IMG/VR virus record: IMGVR_UViG_3300042691_025398
Coordinates: 1-55,813 of that record
Length of the DNA: 55,813 nucleotides
DNA from: a virus
Lineage: Duplodnaviria; Heunggongvirae; Uroviricota; Caudoviricetes
Strand: one strand, 5' to 3'
Position 1 is the stretch's first letter. Each line of letters opens with the position of its first letter. Below the pieces are notes generated by a model that saw nothing but the letters and a program-made list of their open reading frames with translations, made no database searches and was not told the DNA's origin. A program made the translations under genes and the position numbers. This document shows positions 1 to 10,018 of the stretch, one piece after another.

Positions 1-3000
1 CGGTGTTGGCTCCACCAGTTGAGAAAATAATATCATTGTTTTCCAGTGTGCTGAGTACTAGATTGCCACCACCAGTTGTGGTGTTGCCTGCAACATATAG
101 ATAACCGTCGTTGGCTTTTTGAAGTCCAAACACAGGATCAGTGTAGCCTGAACTGTTGATACCCATGTCAATATAGGTATCTGCATCAGTGCCGTTGTCA
201 GCTGTGGCCACAAAGTCAGTGGATGCAGCTGAACCGTTGTCTTTGTTTTGTGCTACCAACTGTAGATAACTGTTAGCAGTGCCAGCATACTGGAAGTTGG
301 CGTAGGCTGCTGAAAAACTAATGTCTTGACCTATGTGCACGTTTCCAGTTGCGTGCATATTGCCAGAGACGTTGGCAAAGTTAGCGATAGACAAATTGCC
401 TGCAGATGCATTGCCGGTTATGCTTGCAGCACCGTTGCTGATGATATTGCCGCCTGTGATGTTGCCTGTAGCATCTATGGTCACAGCACTGAGATAGGCA
501 TTAGCAGCAATGTTATTCGCAACTAGATTACCCGTCAAAGACAAACTGGTGCCAGTGGCTGCGCCAATATTTGGAGTGGTTAGATTGGCACCGGCTTTGA
601 CAATAATCTCACCAGTACCATTGAACGCAGTGGTATTGTTGTCCACCCTAGCTGAAATCACAGTACCGGTGATGTCAATGCCATTGCCAGCTGTGTATGT
701 CTGGCTTGAGCTGAATTCAGCAAAGGTTATGTTACTGGTACCAAATGTGATCACACCAGGAGGACCGTTTACAACATAGGCAGTGCCTTTGTTAACATTA
801 CCGTTTTGTACAAAGAAGTAATCATTAAGGCTGATTTGTTCTGCACTGTTTGAGCCATATTCATCAGCGTCAGTGGATCTTACGATGGTTGTGGCATTTG
901 ACCATGTGTAAACACCGTTTAGCACAGCGTTGCCTTCGTCTTTGACCAAGAGTCTAGTGCCAACGGTTTGTATATTTGCGGTATCAATTAGGTTAAACGA
1001 GCCAGTGGTGCTTATTGTGGCTCCTATACCATTGGCCACACCATTGGGTTGTGCATAGCTAATGGTGCCGCCAGTGGCAGTGGCAAGATTACTAACTGTG
1101 GCTGCAAACACCGGACTATGATAGGTGATACCAGTACTGGCAAAATTATCTACATAAATCTTTGAAGCTGCATCTTTGTCTTGGACTGGATATCTTACAT
1201 TATTAATGTATGTGTCTGATGCCAATACAACATTGCCCGCACCATTGGGGTTTAGATTGATGTTGCCATTGGCCAAGGTAGATACTGTGATATCACCTGC
1301 GCTGCCAATGTTTGCTGATACAACATTAGCTGCGACCACATTGGCAGTGGTATTAATATTTCCTGTTGATGTAATTTGCCCACTGGTCACTATGTTTCCG
1401 CCAGTGATGTTGCCTGTGGCTACAACTTGATTGCCAGTGTTTAAATTACCGCCGGTGATGTTGCCAGTCACTGTGGCATTACCACCAACTGTTAAATTGT
1501 TGGTTACATTAGCATAGCCTGCAACATCAAGATTACCTTGCCCGTCTTTACCAACTTGTAAATTGTTGTAGATACCAATACTGCCAATTTCGCCATTGTT
1601 TACTAGTGCAATAGCAGTGTCACCGTTCTGACTATAGATATAGTTGCCATCAACAATTAAATTACCAGAAATCAGGCTTACGTTACCAGCTTCAAATTCA
1701 ATACCTGTAGTGGTACCAGACGTGATTTTATTGCCTAGAACTTCAACGTTGGCCGCAGCAATCAAATGGTTTCCATACACGTTACCGGCTGTGGCAAGAT
1801 TTGCACCAATTACATTTGCATTTGAACTTATGTTACCAGTGGCTTGAATTATCCCAACAGTAGAAATGTTACCACCAGAGACGTTTCCAACTGCTGTTAC
1901 TGCTGCATTTGACACAACATTACCACCGGTGACATTGCCAGTGGCGTTAATCACACCAGTGGTGCTTATGTTTCCACCATTGACATTACCAGTTGCGTTT
2001 ATCAAACCAGATGTGATTAGATTACCACCAGTGATATTTGCGGTGGCAACAACTTGACCTGCTGTGGTTAGATTACCGCCACTTACATTACCTGTGGCAT
2101 TTATTAAACCAGATGTGATTAGATTGCCACCAGTGACGTTGCCAACTGCTGTTACTACTGCGTTTGATGTAATGTTGCCACCAGTGACATTGCCATTGAC
2201 ATTTAACACACCAGCAGTTGCAAGATTACCACCTGTGACATTGCCTGTAATAGTGGCTGTGCCTGTGACCTCTAGTGTGCCAATATTGCCTATGCCTGCG
2301 GTCGTTACATTGCCTGCAGAAATATTGCCTGTAACTGAAAGAGTGGTAACACCAAGTGTTGCAATGTTACCATTACCAGCCCAAACATTACGCCACTGGA
2401 ATGTGCTGGTACCCAGACTATAGGTGTTACTGAATCTTGGATTGGCACTGGCCCAGATAACCAAATTACTGGTGGCAGGTGTCAGAGCAAGATCACTACC
2501 ACCAAGACTGGATACAAAACCTGTGATGATTGTGGCTGTAGCAGTGTTTAATGACAATGTTGGACCAGCACGATCAAAAGTCAACAGTGCATTGCTGCTG
2601 ATCAAACCGTTGTCATTAAACAACATCTGACGATTCGCGCCGGGTGCTACAAAATTGCCGGCTATGTTACCACTGGAAGTGATATTTGCGGCCTGAACAA
2701 TACCCGTCCAAATGTTGCTTACATAGGCATTGCCAAAATAAGTGGTGCTGTTACCAATAGTGCCTACAGTGTTTGATCCATAATTGGTAATGGCTTGAAC
2801 TTGATTGCCAACCACACCTATTCTGTATGCGCCTGCTACACCGTTTTCGTTATTGTAGTTTAGAGTTAGATTACGTGAACCATTAGGACCTAGCACATAT
2901 CCACTGCCACCAATCAGTATACCAGCGGTAGCATCGTAAGTGGTGTCCGGAACTAGTGAAATTGATCCATCGTTAGTGATACGAGAATTTGATCCGGTAC

Positions 3001-4798
3001 CTGACCAACCAAATCTACCAGCAGAGATAAAATTACCTGCATTAACATTGCCTATCACATTGCCACTGCCAGTGACTGCAAGAGTTCCTATGTTGGCAAT
3101 ACCAGTGGTTGTGAGATTACCACCAGTGATATTACCACCCGCATTGACCACTCCACTGGTGCTGAGATTGTTGCCAATCACATTGGCATTGGCAATTAGG
3201 TTACCTGCCAGTTCAAGGTTACCAATACCACTTAGTCGTGCTATCTCAGTGGTGTTGCCATACCACTTGAATCCTTGAGATTCAAGATTGGTATCCACTC
3301 CCATCCAAATTGCACTGCTTTCAACACCAATGGCATAATTGGTTTTTGAGTTATTGTTGAAATCGTAAAGTGTAACACGTTCACTATTATAATTTCCAGG
3401 AGCTGGAGCACCTAGGTTAGTGCTTGTACTACGAAGTCTTGGTGAATTTACGTTACCTGTGGCAGTGACCTGACCAGTGGTGTTCAAATTAGCAGCTGAA
3501 ACATTACCTGAAACAGAAACTGCATTGGTGCTTTGATCAAATGTAAATGCTGCGCTGCCGTTTAGATTGTCGTTGTCATTGAATTGAACCTGTGTGTTAG
3601 CACCACCAGCATCAATGTTACCAATGAAACGATTAGCTGAAACATTGCCTGTAAAAGATCCTGTGTTACCAGATACAATATTACCAGCAGATAAATTGTT
3701 ACCGGATACATTGCCCGTAGCAGACACCTGTCCTGCGGTGGTTAAATTACCGCCAGTCACATTGCCTGTTGCGGTTACCACTCCGGTTGTGGTTAAATTA
3801 CCACCGTTGACATTACTGGTAGCATCCACACGACCAGTAGTGGTAAGATTGCCGCCACTGACGTTACTGGTAGCACTTAAAGTGCCTGTAATGTCCATAC
3901 CGCCAGAACTGATCACTAGAACATTGGCTGTGCCGCCCACATTGGCAGCAAGATTGCCGCCAGCAGTGGTCACTCTAAGATTACTGGTACCATTGGAAAT
4001 CAAGGTTGTGTCAATGCCGGTTAAGAATGCACCGTTACCTAAAACATAAGATCCAGAAACGTTGCCTGTGGCCAACACGTTACTTGATACGATTATATTA
4101 GCTGCATTGATATTTGCTGATGCTGTTACAAACTGTGCAGAAAGATTGCCAAGAGTGACATTACCAAAATTATTAACAGTTACAATTTCATTTACAATGC
4201 TTACATCAGTAGCTAACAACAGGTTAGCAGCTGAGTTGTCATAGCCTATGAATGCTGACTTTTCACTGCTGGTATAATAATACAGTTGCTCACCGCGATC
4301 CTTGCCATCGTTCATGGTCAACGGAGCATTGTTGGCGCCTCGACCAAGACTGATCAGTGGATCCTCAATGGTGAGATTTTCAACATTGATATAAACAAGA
4401 TTGCCGTTAACTGACAAGTTGCCTGTGACTAAAGCATCACCACCAACTGTAAAAGTTGATGTTGCTTTGTCAAACGTCAATGCAGTGTTGCCAGCTACAA
4501 TACCTGCATCATTGAATAGAATCTGTGTGTTTGATCCTGGCGCTGTAATATTACCAGATATGTTACCAACAAAATTTGCAGCGGTTACATTGCCAGAAAA
4601 AGCGGCTGTGGTCAAAGTCAGTGAGTTAGCCCAGACTCTATTGCCGTTGCTCTGTATTACTAGAACACTGTTGGCAACACCATTGCCAAGATTTGGTTCT
4701 GCCTGCCCTAAAGACAGATATTGATACCGGTCCGCTGACAGTTGATCAAGAGGAACTACTGGAACGCGGCCGCTTAATAGTTTTGGTCCATTTGCCAT
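1..4798 (-). CDS. Long tail fibre / virion appendage protein, 3'-truncated by the window edge (>=1599 aa)
   Basis: Manual translation from ATG 4798 (MANGPKLLSGRVPVV...) is in frame with the window start (...DIIFSTGGANT). It is absent from the ORF track because no stop lies in the window. G/N/T-rich with many TGNVTGGNLTT-type repeats and PGxNTQxxFND modules typical of phage fibres. Confidence 0.85.
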   Translation of the reverse strand, partial: MANGPKLLSGRVPVVPLDQLSADRYQYLSLGQAEPNLGNGVANSVLVIQSNGNRVWANSLTLTTAAFSGNVTAANFVGNISGNITAPGSNTQILFNDAGIVAGNTALTFDKATSTFTVGGDALVTGNLSVNGNLVYINVENLTIEDPLISLGRGANNAPLTMNDGKDRGEQLYYYTSSEKSAFIGYDNSAANLLLATDVSIVNEIVTVNNFGNVTLGNLSAQFVTASANINAANIIVSSNVLATGNVSGSYVLGNGAFLTGIDTTLISNGTSNLRVTTAGGNLAANVGGTANVLVISSGGMDITGTLSATSNVSGGNLTTTGRVDATSNVNGGNLTTTGVVTATGNVTGGNLTTAGQVSATGNVSGNNLSAGNIVSGNTGSFTGNVSANRFIGNIDAGGANTQVQFNDNDNLNGSAAFTFDQSTNAVSVSGNVSAANLNTTGQVTATGNVNSPRLRSTSTNLGAPAPGNYNSERVTLYDFNNNSKTNYAIGVESSAIWMGVDTNLESQGFKWYGNTTEIARLSGIGNLELAGNLIANANVIGNNLSTSGVVNAGGNITGGNLTTTGIANIGTLAVTGSGNVIGNVNAGNFISAGRFGWSGTGSNSRITNDGSISLVPDTTYDATAGILIGGSGYVLGPNGSRNLTLNYNNENGVAGAYRIGVVGNQVQAITNYGSNTVGTIGNSTTYFGNAYVSNIWTGIVQAANITSSGNIAGNFVAPGANRQMLFNDNGLISSNALLTFDRAGPTLSLNTATATIITGFVSSLGGSDLALTPATSNLVIWASANPRFSNTYSLGTSTFQWRNVWAGNGNIATLGVTTLSVTGNISAGNVTTAGIGNIGTLEVTGTATITGNVTGGNLATAGVLNVNGNVTGGNITSNAVVTAVGNVTGGNLITSGLINATGNVSGGNLTTAGQVVATANITGGNLITSGLINATGNVNGGNISTTGVINATGNVTGGNVVSNAAVTAVGNVSGGNISTVGIIQATGNISSNANVIGANLATAGNVYGNHLIAAANVEVLGNKITSGTTTGIEFEAGNVSLISGNLIVDGNYIYSQNGDTAIALVNNGEIGSIGIYNNLQVGKDGQGNLDVAGYANVTNNLTVGGNATVTGNITGGNLNTGNQVVATGNITGGNIVTSGQITSTGNINTTANVVAANVVSANIGSAGDITVSTLANGNINLNPNGAGNVVLASDTYINNVRYPVQDKDAASKIYVDNFASTGITYHSPVFAATVSNLATATGGTISYAQPNGVANGIGATISTTGSFNLIDTANIQTVGTRLLVKDEGNAVLNGVYTWSNATTIVRSTDADEYGSNSAEQISLNDYFFVQNGNVNKGTAYVVNGPPGVITFGTSNITFAEFSSSQTYTAGNGIDITGTVISARVDNNTTAFNGTGEIIVKAGANLTTPNIGAATGTSLSLTGNLVANNIAANAYLSAVTIDATGNITGGNIISNGAASITGNASAGNLSIANFANVSGNMHATGNVHIGQDISFSAAYANFQYAGTANSYLQLVAQNKDNGSAASTDFVATADNGTDADTYIDMGINSSGYTDPVFGLQKANDGYLYVAGNTTTGGGNLVLSTLENNDIIFSTGGANT
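1850..2340 (-). repeat. Imperfect tandem coding repeats (~12 aa, xTGN(V/I)xGGN(L/I)xT) within the fibre gene
   Basis: Recurring ccaccagtgacattgcc / ttaccaccggtgacattgcc-like units; similar runs near 1380-1480, 3050-3180 and 3700-3900. Confidence 0.8.
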
Positions 4799-4799
4799 G

Positions 4800-5138
4800 T
4801 TATGCTACCAAAGTTTCCAGCAGACTCAAAGTTAGCTGCCCGCTGTTGTTTGCACTGGCAGAAATTTGAAAATTTTCTCCTACATTTAAAATCAAACGTC
4901 CTGTTAGAACAGTTATAGCATCAGCTGAAGGCAATGCTGCATTTCTAATCAAAGCAGTTGAGGTCGAAGCACTTGTATTTGACACATTAGCTGATATTGT
5001 GATGGTATTTCCTGTTAAATTACTGACCTGCGCCATGAGTACCACGGTTGCATATCCCACTGGAGGAGTATAAACCGAAGTCATTGCTGTGGTTACATTT
5101 GCTGTAACAGTTTTAAAAACGTTTAATGCGCCTGACAT
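4800..5138 (-). CDS. Small beta-rich virion-associated protein (112 aa)
   Basis: ORF track; AAGGA SD upstream; lies between fibre genes in the same operon. Confidence 0.75.
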   Translation of the reverse strand: MSGALNVFKTVTANVTTAMTSVYTPPVGYATVVLMAQVSNLTGNTITISANVSNTSASTSTALIRNAALPSADAITVLTGRLILNVGENFQISASANNSGQLTLSLLETLVA

Positions 5139-5159
5139 AATTTTTCCTTATCCAATTAC

Positions 5160-7013
5160 TTATGTGCCTTCTGATAGGGCCAAGATGTAGGGTGTCATCT
5201 GAGCAAACAATGCTTTGTAAAAATAAGTTCCTTCAATGGTGCCTTGTGCTTGATTGATAGTGAAACCTGTACCAACTTTAAAATTGCCCTTTTGATCAGT
5301 GCTGGTAAAAGTTACCACACCCCCATTGGTTTGTATCACTTCGTTGGCTTCAATTGGTATGCCGCCATATTGTGGAAGTGCGGTAGCAGGATTGGTACCT
5401 GCGCCCACATATTCAAACGTGTGTGCACTGGCAATGATAGCACTGCGCACATAGAATTCAACATTGGTATTTGGTGCAAGATTTGGTGTGTAGGTCTGTT
5501 GAATTATCACATCAGCTGTGTTTGCACCAGTGGGAATAATAGTGTCAATGGTATAATAGTTTGGATCTCCATCAATCTTCAACACCGTGTTCACATGTGG
5601 AGTGCCATTGGCAAGATTGGTTAAACTAAACAAACCATTGGTACTGTATCCACTGGTCACGCCTGAGGTTTGTAAAACTCCAATACCATCAGCCACAAGT
5701 CCATAGTTGCCAATTGAGCAGTCAGATCCGTTCAGCGTACAGAATCCACCAGATTCTACCTTGATACCCACATCACAGGCTATAGTATAGATGTTGACCA
5801 ATTGACTATAGCCACTGTTTATAATGTGAATGCCCTTGCCACCTTGGTTGATAGCAGTCAAGAAGCCAACAATCATGGCCTTGGTGCTGGCTCCGCTTAC
5901 CAAGTTGCCATCAATTTTAACCACAGTGCCTGTGGTGGTAGAGCTTGTGATGTTTTGAATGTACGGACTTACAAAAACATTTTGGCTAGGGGTGGCAGGA
6001 TTGTAACTGAAAGCATTGGCTAGATAATTTCGCAGTGTTAGACCCCAAACATAAGTGCCATTGGTCATGTAGAACAAATCACTTGCGGGTGTTTGAGGAA
6101 TTACTATTACGTTTCTTAGATTGTCGCCTATGAGACTTACATTGGCTGGAATGGTTATGGGATTGATTTCAGTATAGGTACCCGGTGCCACATGCACCGC
6201 AGTACCAGCAGTGGCAGCAGCCATTGCAGCTTTGATTGTTAAAAATGGCGTGTTCAATCCACCATTGTTGCTGTCACTGCCATTCTTGGCCACATAAATT
6301 TGATTGGTACTGGCTGGAATCTGTCCAATAAAATTACCAGAGGTCACAATGTTACCTGCGGCCGTTACTGTGTTAGATGCTCGGTTAAAAGTAAATGCAG
6401 CTGAGCTATTGGCAATGCCGCTGTCATTGAACACCACTCCGGTGTTGGCACCTGGCACTGTGAGGTTACCCACAATGTTACCAGTGATATTAGTGGCATT
6501 GATGTTGCCTGCTACAGTTAAACCGTTTTGATCAACTACTACAACATTAGCGACGCCAGTTACTTGAAAGGTAAAATTACCGCCTTCGTTGGCAATTGTA
6601 AAACTAGAGTTGCCCCAGGTTACATCTCTGGTGTCTGCTGTGATACCAGTGAGTTGACTGCCGTTACCAATAAAATAGTTGCCTGAGATATTGCCCACAG
6701 AGTCAAATCCGCCGCTGCCAAGATACAGGGTGTTAAAACGCTGTGCGGGACTGCCAAGATCGTAAACGTCATTTATTCTGGGCAAAATTGAAGTATTGGT
6801 TTGTACCACACCAATTCCCCGCGGTCCTAGAATAATGTTGCCGTTCAGCTGAGAAGTTGAAATCGTGTTGTTGGCAATTTGAATGTTGCTGCCAACCGGA
6901 CCAGCTTGATAAATTTCAGTGAAATTTTCATTGGTCTTGATAAACGCGGTGCGTAAGGGATCACCATCACCATTATCTGGTTGTGCCCCTACATTGATTA
7001 TTTGCTGTGCCAT
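5160..7013 (-). CDS. Fibre/baseplate-attached protein with gp9/gp10-like N-terminal anchor and a C-terminal pectin-lyase-like beta-helix
   Basis: N-terminal GDGDPLRTAFIKTNENFTEIY motif; YVAKNGSDSNNG...PFLTIKAA...VHVAPGTYTE...SLIGD motif typical of beta-helix caps. Confidence 0.75.
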   Translation of the reverse strand: MAQQIINVGAQPDNGDGDPLRTAFIKTNENFTEIYQAGPVGSNIQIANNTISTSQLNGNIILGPRGIGVVQTNTSILPRINDVYDLGSPAQRFNTLYLGSGGFDSVGNISGNYFIGNGSQLTGITADTRDVTWGNSSFTIANEGGNFTFQVTGVANVVVVDQNGLTVAGNINATNITGNIVGNLTVPGANTGVVFNDSGIANSSAAFTFNRASNTVTAAGNIVTSGNFIGQIPASTNQIYVAKNGSDSNNGGLNTPFLTIKAAMAAATAGTAVHVAPGTYTEINPITIPANVSLIGDNLRNVIVIPQTPASDLFYMTNGTYVWGLTLRNYLANAFSYNPATPSQNVFVSPYIQNITSSTTTGTVVKIDGNLVSGASTKAMIVGFLTAINQGGKGIHIINSGYSQLVNIYTIACDVGIKVESGGFCTLNGSDCSIGNYGLVADGIGVLQTSGVTSGYSTNGLFSLTNLANGTPHVNTVLKIDGDPNYYTIDTIIPTGANTADVIIQQTYTPNLAPNTNVEFYVRSAIIASAHTFEYVGAGTNPATALPQYGGIPIEANEVIQTNGGVVTFTSTDQKGNFKVGTGFTINQAQGTIEGTYFYKALFAQMTPYILALSEGT

Positions 7014-7036
7014 CTCTGTCCTAGTTCCCGATTTAA

Positions 7037-7043
7037 TATTTAT
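7037..7043 (-). promoter_or_regulatory. T4-type late promoter (ATAAATA)
   Basis: Minus-strand ATAAATA about 24 nt upstream of the ATG at 7013; the same motif recurs before other late genes. Confidence 0.65.
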
Positions 7044-7064
7044 CGTGAACTGAGATTTGGCATT

Positions 7065-8972
7065 TTACCAGATATTTCTGCGTCTAATAGTCTGTCTAGG
7101 GTAGGCTAAGCCTGCAGACGGACGCAGCCAGAAGCGTTTCTGCGGCCAAGTATTGCCATTTATTGGGCGATCGTTGTAGTAACCAGCAAAGTAGTTTGGA
7201 GCTTCACGTAACCCAAAATAACTTACAGGCCCAGGGGGTAGTGGGATTCCCAAATCTGGAACGACTCCCGGTTGTTGGAAATAATTCAACCAGTTGATCA
7301 TGTCCATTTGATTTTTATCTGGGTATAGCTCGGCTTGGCATGCGACAATGCCTGCCACTTGTGGGCTTGCCATGCTAGTTCCAGTGAGTTTCGCCAGGAA
7401 ATAAGCAGGATTTCGAGGATCAGGTACTCCTGCAGAATTATATGCACTCATGATGTTTTCGCCAGGTGCCCACACCGTGATCTTGTTTCCTGCTTGACTG
7501 GTGATGCTCAATTGTTGATTGACCTGACTGCCAATGTTACCCACAACTATAATGGTTCTAAAATTAGCAGTACCTCGTCCGGACTCGGAAGATGCTGGCA
7601 CTGGCATGCGATTGTGATATGCTGGATTGTATAGCACCAATGATCCAAAGGTAGCATAGGCCAGGTTCATGTAGTTCACATAGTTAGGATGGTCACTGAA
7701 AAATCCAGCTTCATTCCACTGGTTACCACCAGCTGCTAGCCAAATTATGCCTTCGTTGGCACCATCAATTATGGCCTGCTGAGCCGCAGCATCCTGTGCA
7801 GTGTAGAAGAACAATATCACACCATATTGATCAATATAGTCTTTATACATCTGTACACCTGCATTATACCACTGCTGCACAGTCCAGTTTCCGTTATAAG
7901 AAGCCTGTAATGATGTCTGTCCTGCTGGAGCTGATGCCGGATAATCCTGTTGCACACCTCGGTAAAACAATCTATTGCTTAGTAAAATACCATTGCTGGG
8001 ATTACGTGGGAATGTATTACCAAACAAACCAAAGCTCATGTTTACCACAGTGGGATTTTTCCGACCAGTTTTGGGATTAACTGTTTTGATGTTGTTATGC
8101 CAATATCGTATGTAATTCACCAACTGTGTTAAAGTAGGTGTGCTGGTGCCATTGGTTTGTTCACCGTATGGCGAGATGTTGTAAATGTTGGCATCTCTTG
8201 CCCAGCCGCAGGTGTTACCTGCCATGATGCCGCCCACGTGAATACCATGTCCATTGTTACCCGCCACACCCGCCGAGTAATTATAGTTGCCATCGGGCTG
8301 ACCTGTGACCTCTGAGTTCAGTCCCCACCAATTGAACTGCACTACTCTACTGCCACCTGTGCCATTGGCATTTCTCGCAAACTCTGGATGATCAGGTAAT
8401 AGATTTCCATCAAACACCACCACATCCACGTTCTTGCCTGTACTGGTCAAAGTGATCGTAGCAGACTGATTGGCAGTGCCATCAGATCCCCATCCTGGAA
8501 TCTGTGTTCTATTCCAGCAGCGCAGCAAGCCCCAGTTTTTGTAGTTGCTTTGATTGGTTCCAGATTTGTCCCATCCGTCACTGAATTGTGATACCAAAGG
8601 TCTGGCTCGGATACCATGATGTTGTGGATCAATTTCCACAGCCAACACTCTTGGATCCAGTTCTAGCTGCGCGGCCTCCATGGGTGTGATTAGATATTCT
8701 GTGCTTCTGCACGTGGGCATGCGACTTGAACATTCAACTACTCTTTCAGGACAATATCCACGACTGCCTGCGCTTTCCATTTCATCATAGAAATTGTCTT
8801 GATCTTGTGTTTCGTGTAGAGTAACAGTATAAGGATACTCTTTATCAAGCTCAACTGTGAGAGGAACATCCATGCCAAATTGATATTGGGTGAATTCGGC
8901 CAAGGCTTCTACACTGGGATTCTCACCTAATAATTTGATGAGTTCGTCTCGATCTGGAATGCCTGCTATCAT
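7065..8972 (-). CDS. Subtilisin-like serine protease (peptidase S8) with N-terminal prodomain
   Basis: Catalytic motifs VDVVVFDG (Asp), NGHGIHVGG (His), GTSMASPQVAG (Ser), plus AAGGN oxyanion region. Confidence 0.9.
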   Translation of the reverse strand: MIAGIPDRDELIKLLGENPSVEALAEFTQYQFGMDVPLTVELDKEYPYTVTLHETQDQDNFYDEMESAGSRGYCPERVVECSSRMPTCRSTEYLITPMEAAQLELDPRVLAVEIDPQHHGIRARPLVSQFSDGWDKSGTNQSNYKNWGLLRCWNRTQIPGWGSDGTANQSATITLTSTGKNVDVVVFDGNLLPDHPEFARNANGTGGSRVVQFNWWGLNSEVTGQPDGNYNYSAGVAGNNGHGIHVGGIMAGNTCGWARDANIYNISPYGEQTNGTSTPTLTQLVNYIRYWHNNIKTVNPKTGRKNPTVVNMSFGLFGNTFPRNPSNGILLSNRLFYRGVQQDYPASAPAGQTSLQASYNGNWTVQQWYNAGVQMYKDYIDQYGVILFFYTAQDAAAQQAIIDGANEGIIWLAAGGNQWNEAGFFSDHPNYVNYMNLAYATFGSLVLYNPAYHNRMPVPASSESGRGTANFRTIIVVGNIGSQVNQQLSITSQAGNKITVWAPGENIMSAYNSAGVPDPRNPAYFLAKLTGTSMASPQVAGIVACQAELYPDKNQMDMINWLNYFQQPGVVPDLGIPLPPGPVSYFGLREAPNYFAGYYNDRPINGNTWPQKRFWLRPSAGLAYPRQTIRRRNIW

Positions 8973-10018
8973 TATGTTTCCAACTGTAAAACTGTCATGG
9001 TCACTGTGATTGATGCCACTCCACCACTTAAATTGGTAATAGCTACAGGCACAGTGTTAGAAACTGGGTTGTCATCATTAAAGCCCACTGCTCCGGGGCT
9101 TACTATAACTGTGTTTGCACCGGTGGTGATGATTTCTGCAATCACGCCCGCGCCAGGTTGTGGATCTACGTCTTGAGTTCTTGTGGCGTCTGCGCTACGT
9201 GCTGCACTACTAGTGTATACTCTTACCCAACTGGCTGCTGAAGTTGTGATTTTATAAATCGCATAACCTTTGTACCCAGTGAGATCTGAATTGATACTCA
9301 CTGCGTTTGACAAAGGACCCACTGTGGTAGTGATGTTTGCACGATTGCCTGCGCCACCGCCACCGCCTGTGACCACACCAGTGAGAAATGCGCCGTTGCC
9401 AAGAATAAATGTGCCACTTACATTGCCTGTGGCATTCACATTACCAACATTTATATTGCCAGTGTGAGTTGCTGATCCTGTGGTGTTGATGTTGCCAGCA
9501 GTGATATTTCCTGTGATTGTGGCTGTGGTTAGTGCAGCATTTGATGCCAACAAAGTTGTAGTGGAAACATAAGGAGAGATCACAGAGTTTCCAGCATCCA
9601 CATTCTGTACTGTGAGCTGACTTGGAGTTAAACTGGCTGCCCCCACTGCTACCTGTGTGCTTGCATTTACCAAACTGGCGTTTACAGTGGTGACATTGGC
9701 ACTGCCAGCTGCCGTGATATTACCGCCTACAGAAAGATCTGTTCCAATTGTGCCAGATTGACTGGCAATTACATGTGCGCCTTGAACATTACCAGTAGCA
9801 GTGATGTTCCCGCCTGAACTGATTCTACCCGCAAAAGTCTGTTGTCCTGTGCCAGTTGCGTTTAGGTTACCTGTGATGTTAACTGTTATACCATCTATGA
9901 TATTGGTAACTGTGGTACCCACACGATTCCATGCACCAGTGGTACTGTTCCATTGATAGGTTATGTTGCCTACATTGGCCTGTTGGCCGTTTATTGGACT
10001 AGTAGGGAAAAATGCCAT
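8972..10018 (-). CDS. Short fibre-like virion protein
   Basis: FPTSPINGQ...YQWNSTTGAW N-terminal module, G/N/T repeats and GNGAFLTG motif; TAATG overlaps with both neighbours. Confidence 0.75.
   Translation of the reverse strand: MAFFPTSPINGQQANVGNITYQWNSTTGAWNRVGTTVTNIIDGITVNITGNLNATGTGQQTFAGRISSGGNITATGNVQGAHVIASQSGTIGTDLSVGGNITAAGSANVTTVNASLVNASTQVAVGAASLTPSQLTVQNVDAGNSVISPYVSTTTLLASNAALTTATITGNITAGNINTTGSATHTGNINVGNVNATGNVSGTFILGNGAFLTGVVTGGGGGAGNRANITTTVGPLSNAVSINSDLTGYKGYAIYKITTSAASWVRVYTSSAARSADATRTQDVDPQPGAGVIAEIITTGANTVIVSPGAVGFNDDNPVSNTVPVAITNLSGGVASITVTMTVLQLET

Noticed and set aside
1380-3900. Diversity-generating retroelement template/variable repeats in fibre genes
   Set aside because: Repeats are short, synonymous-variable protein repeats without adenine-specific mismatches, and no reverse transcriptase gene is in the window.
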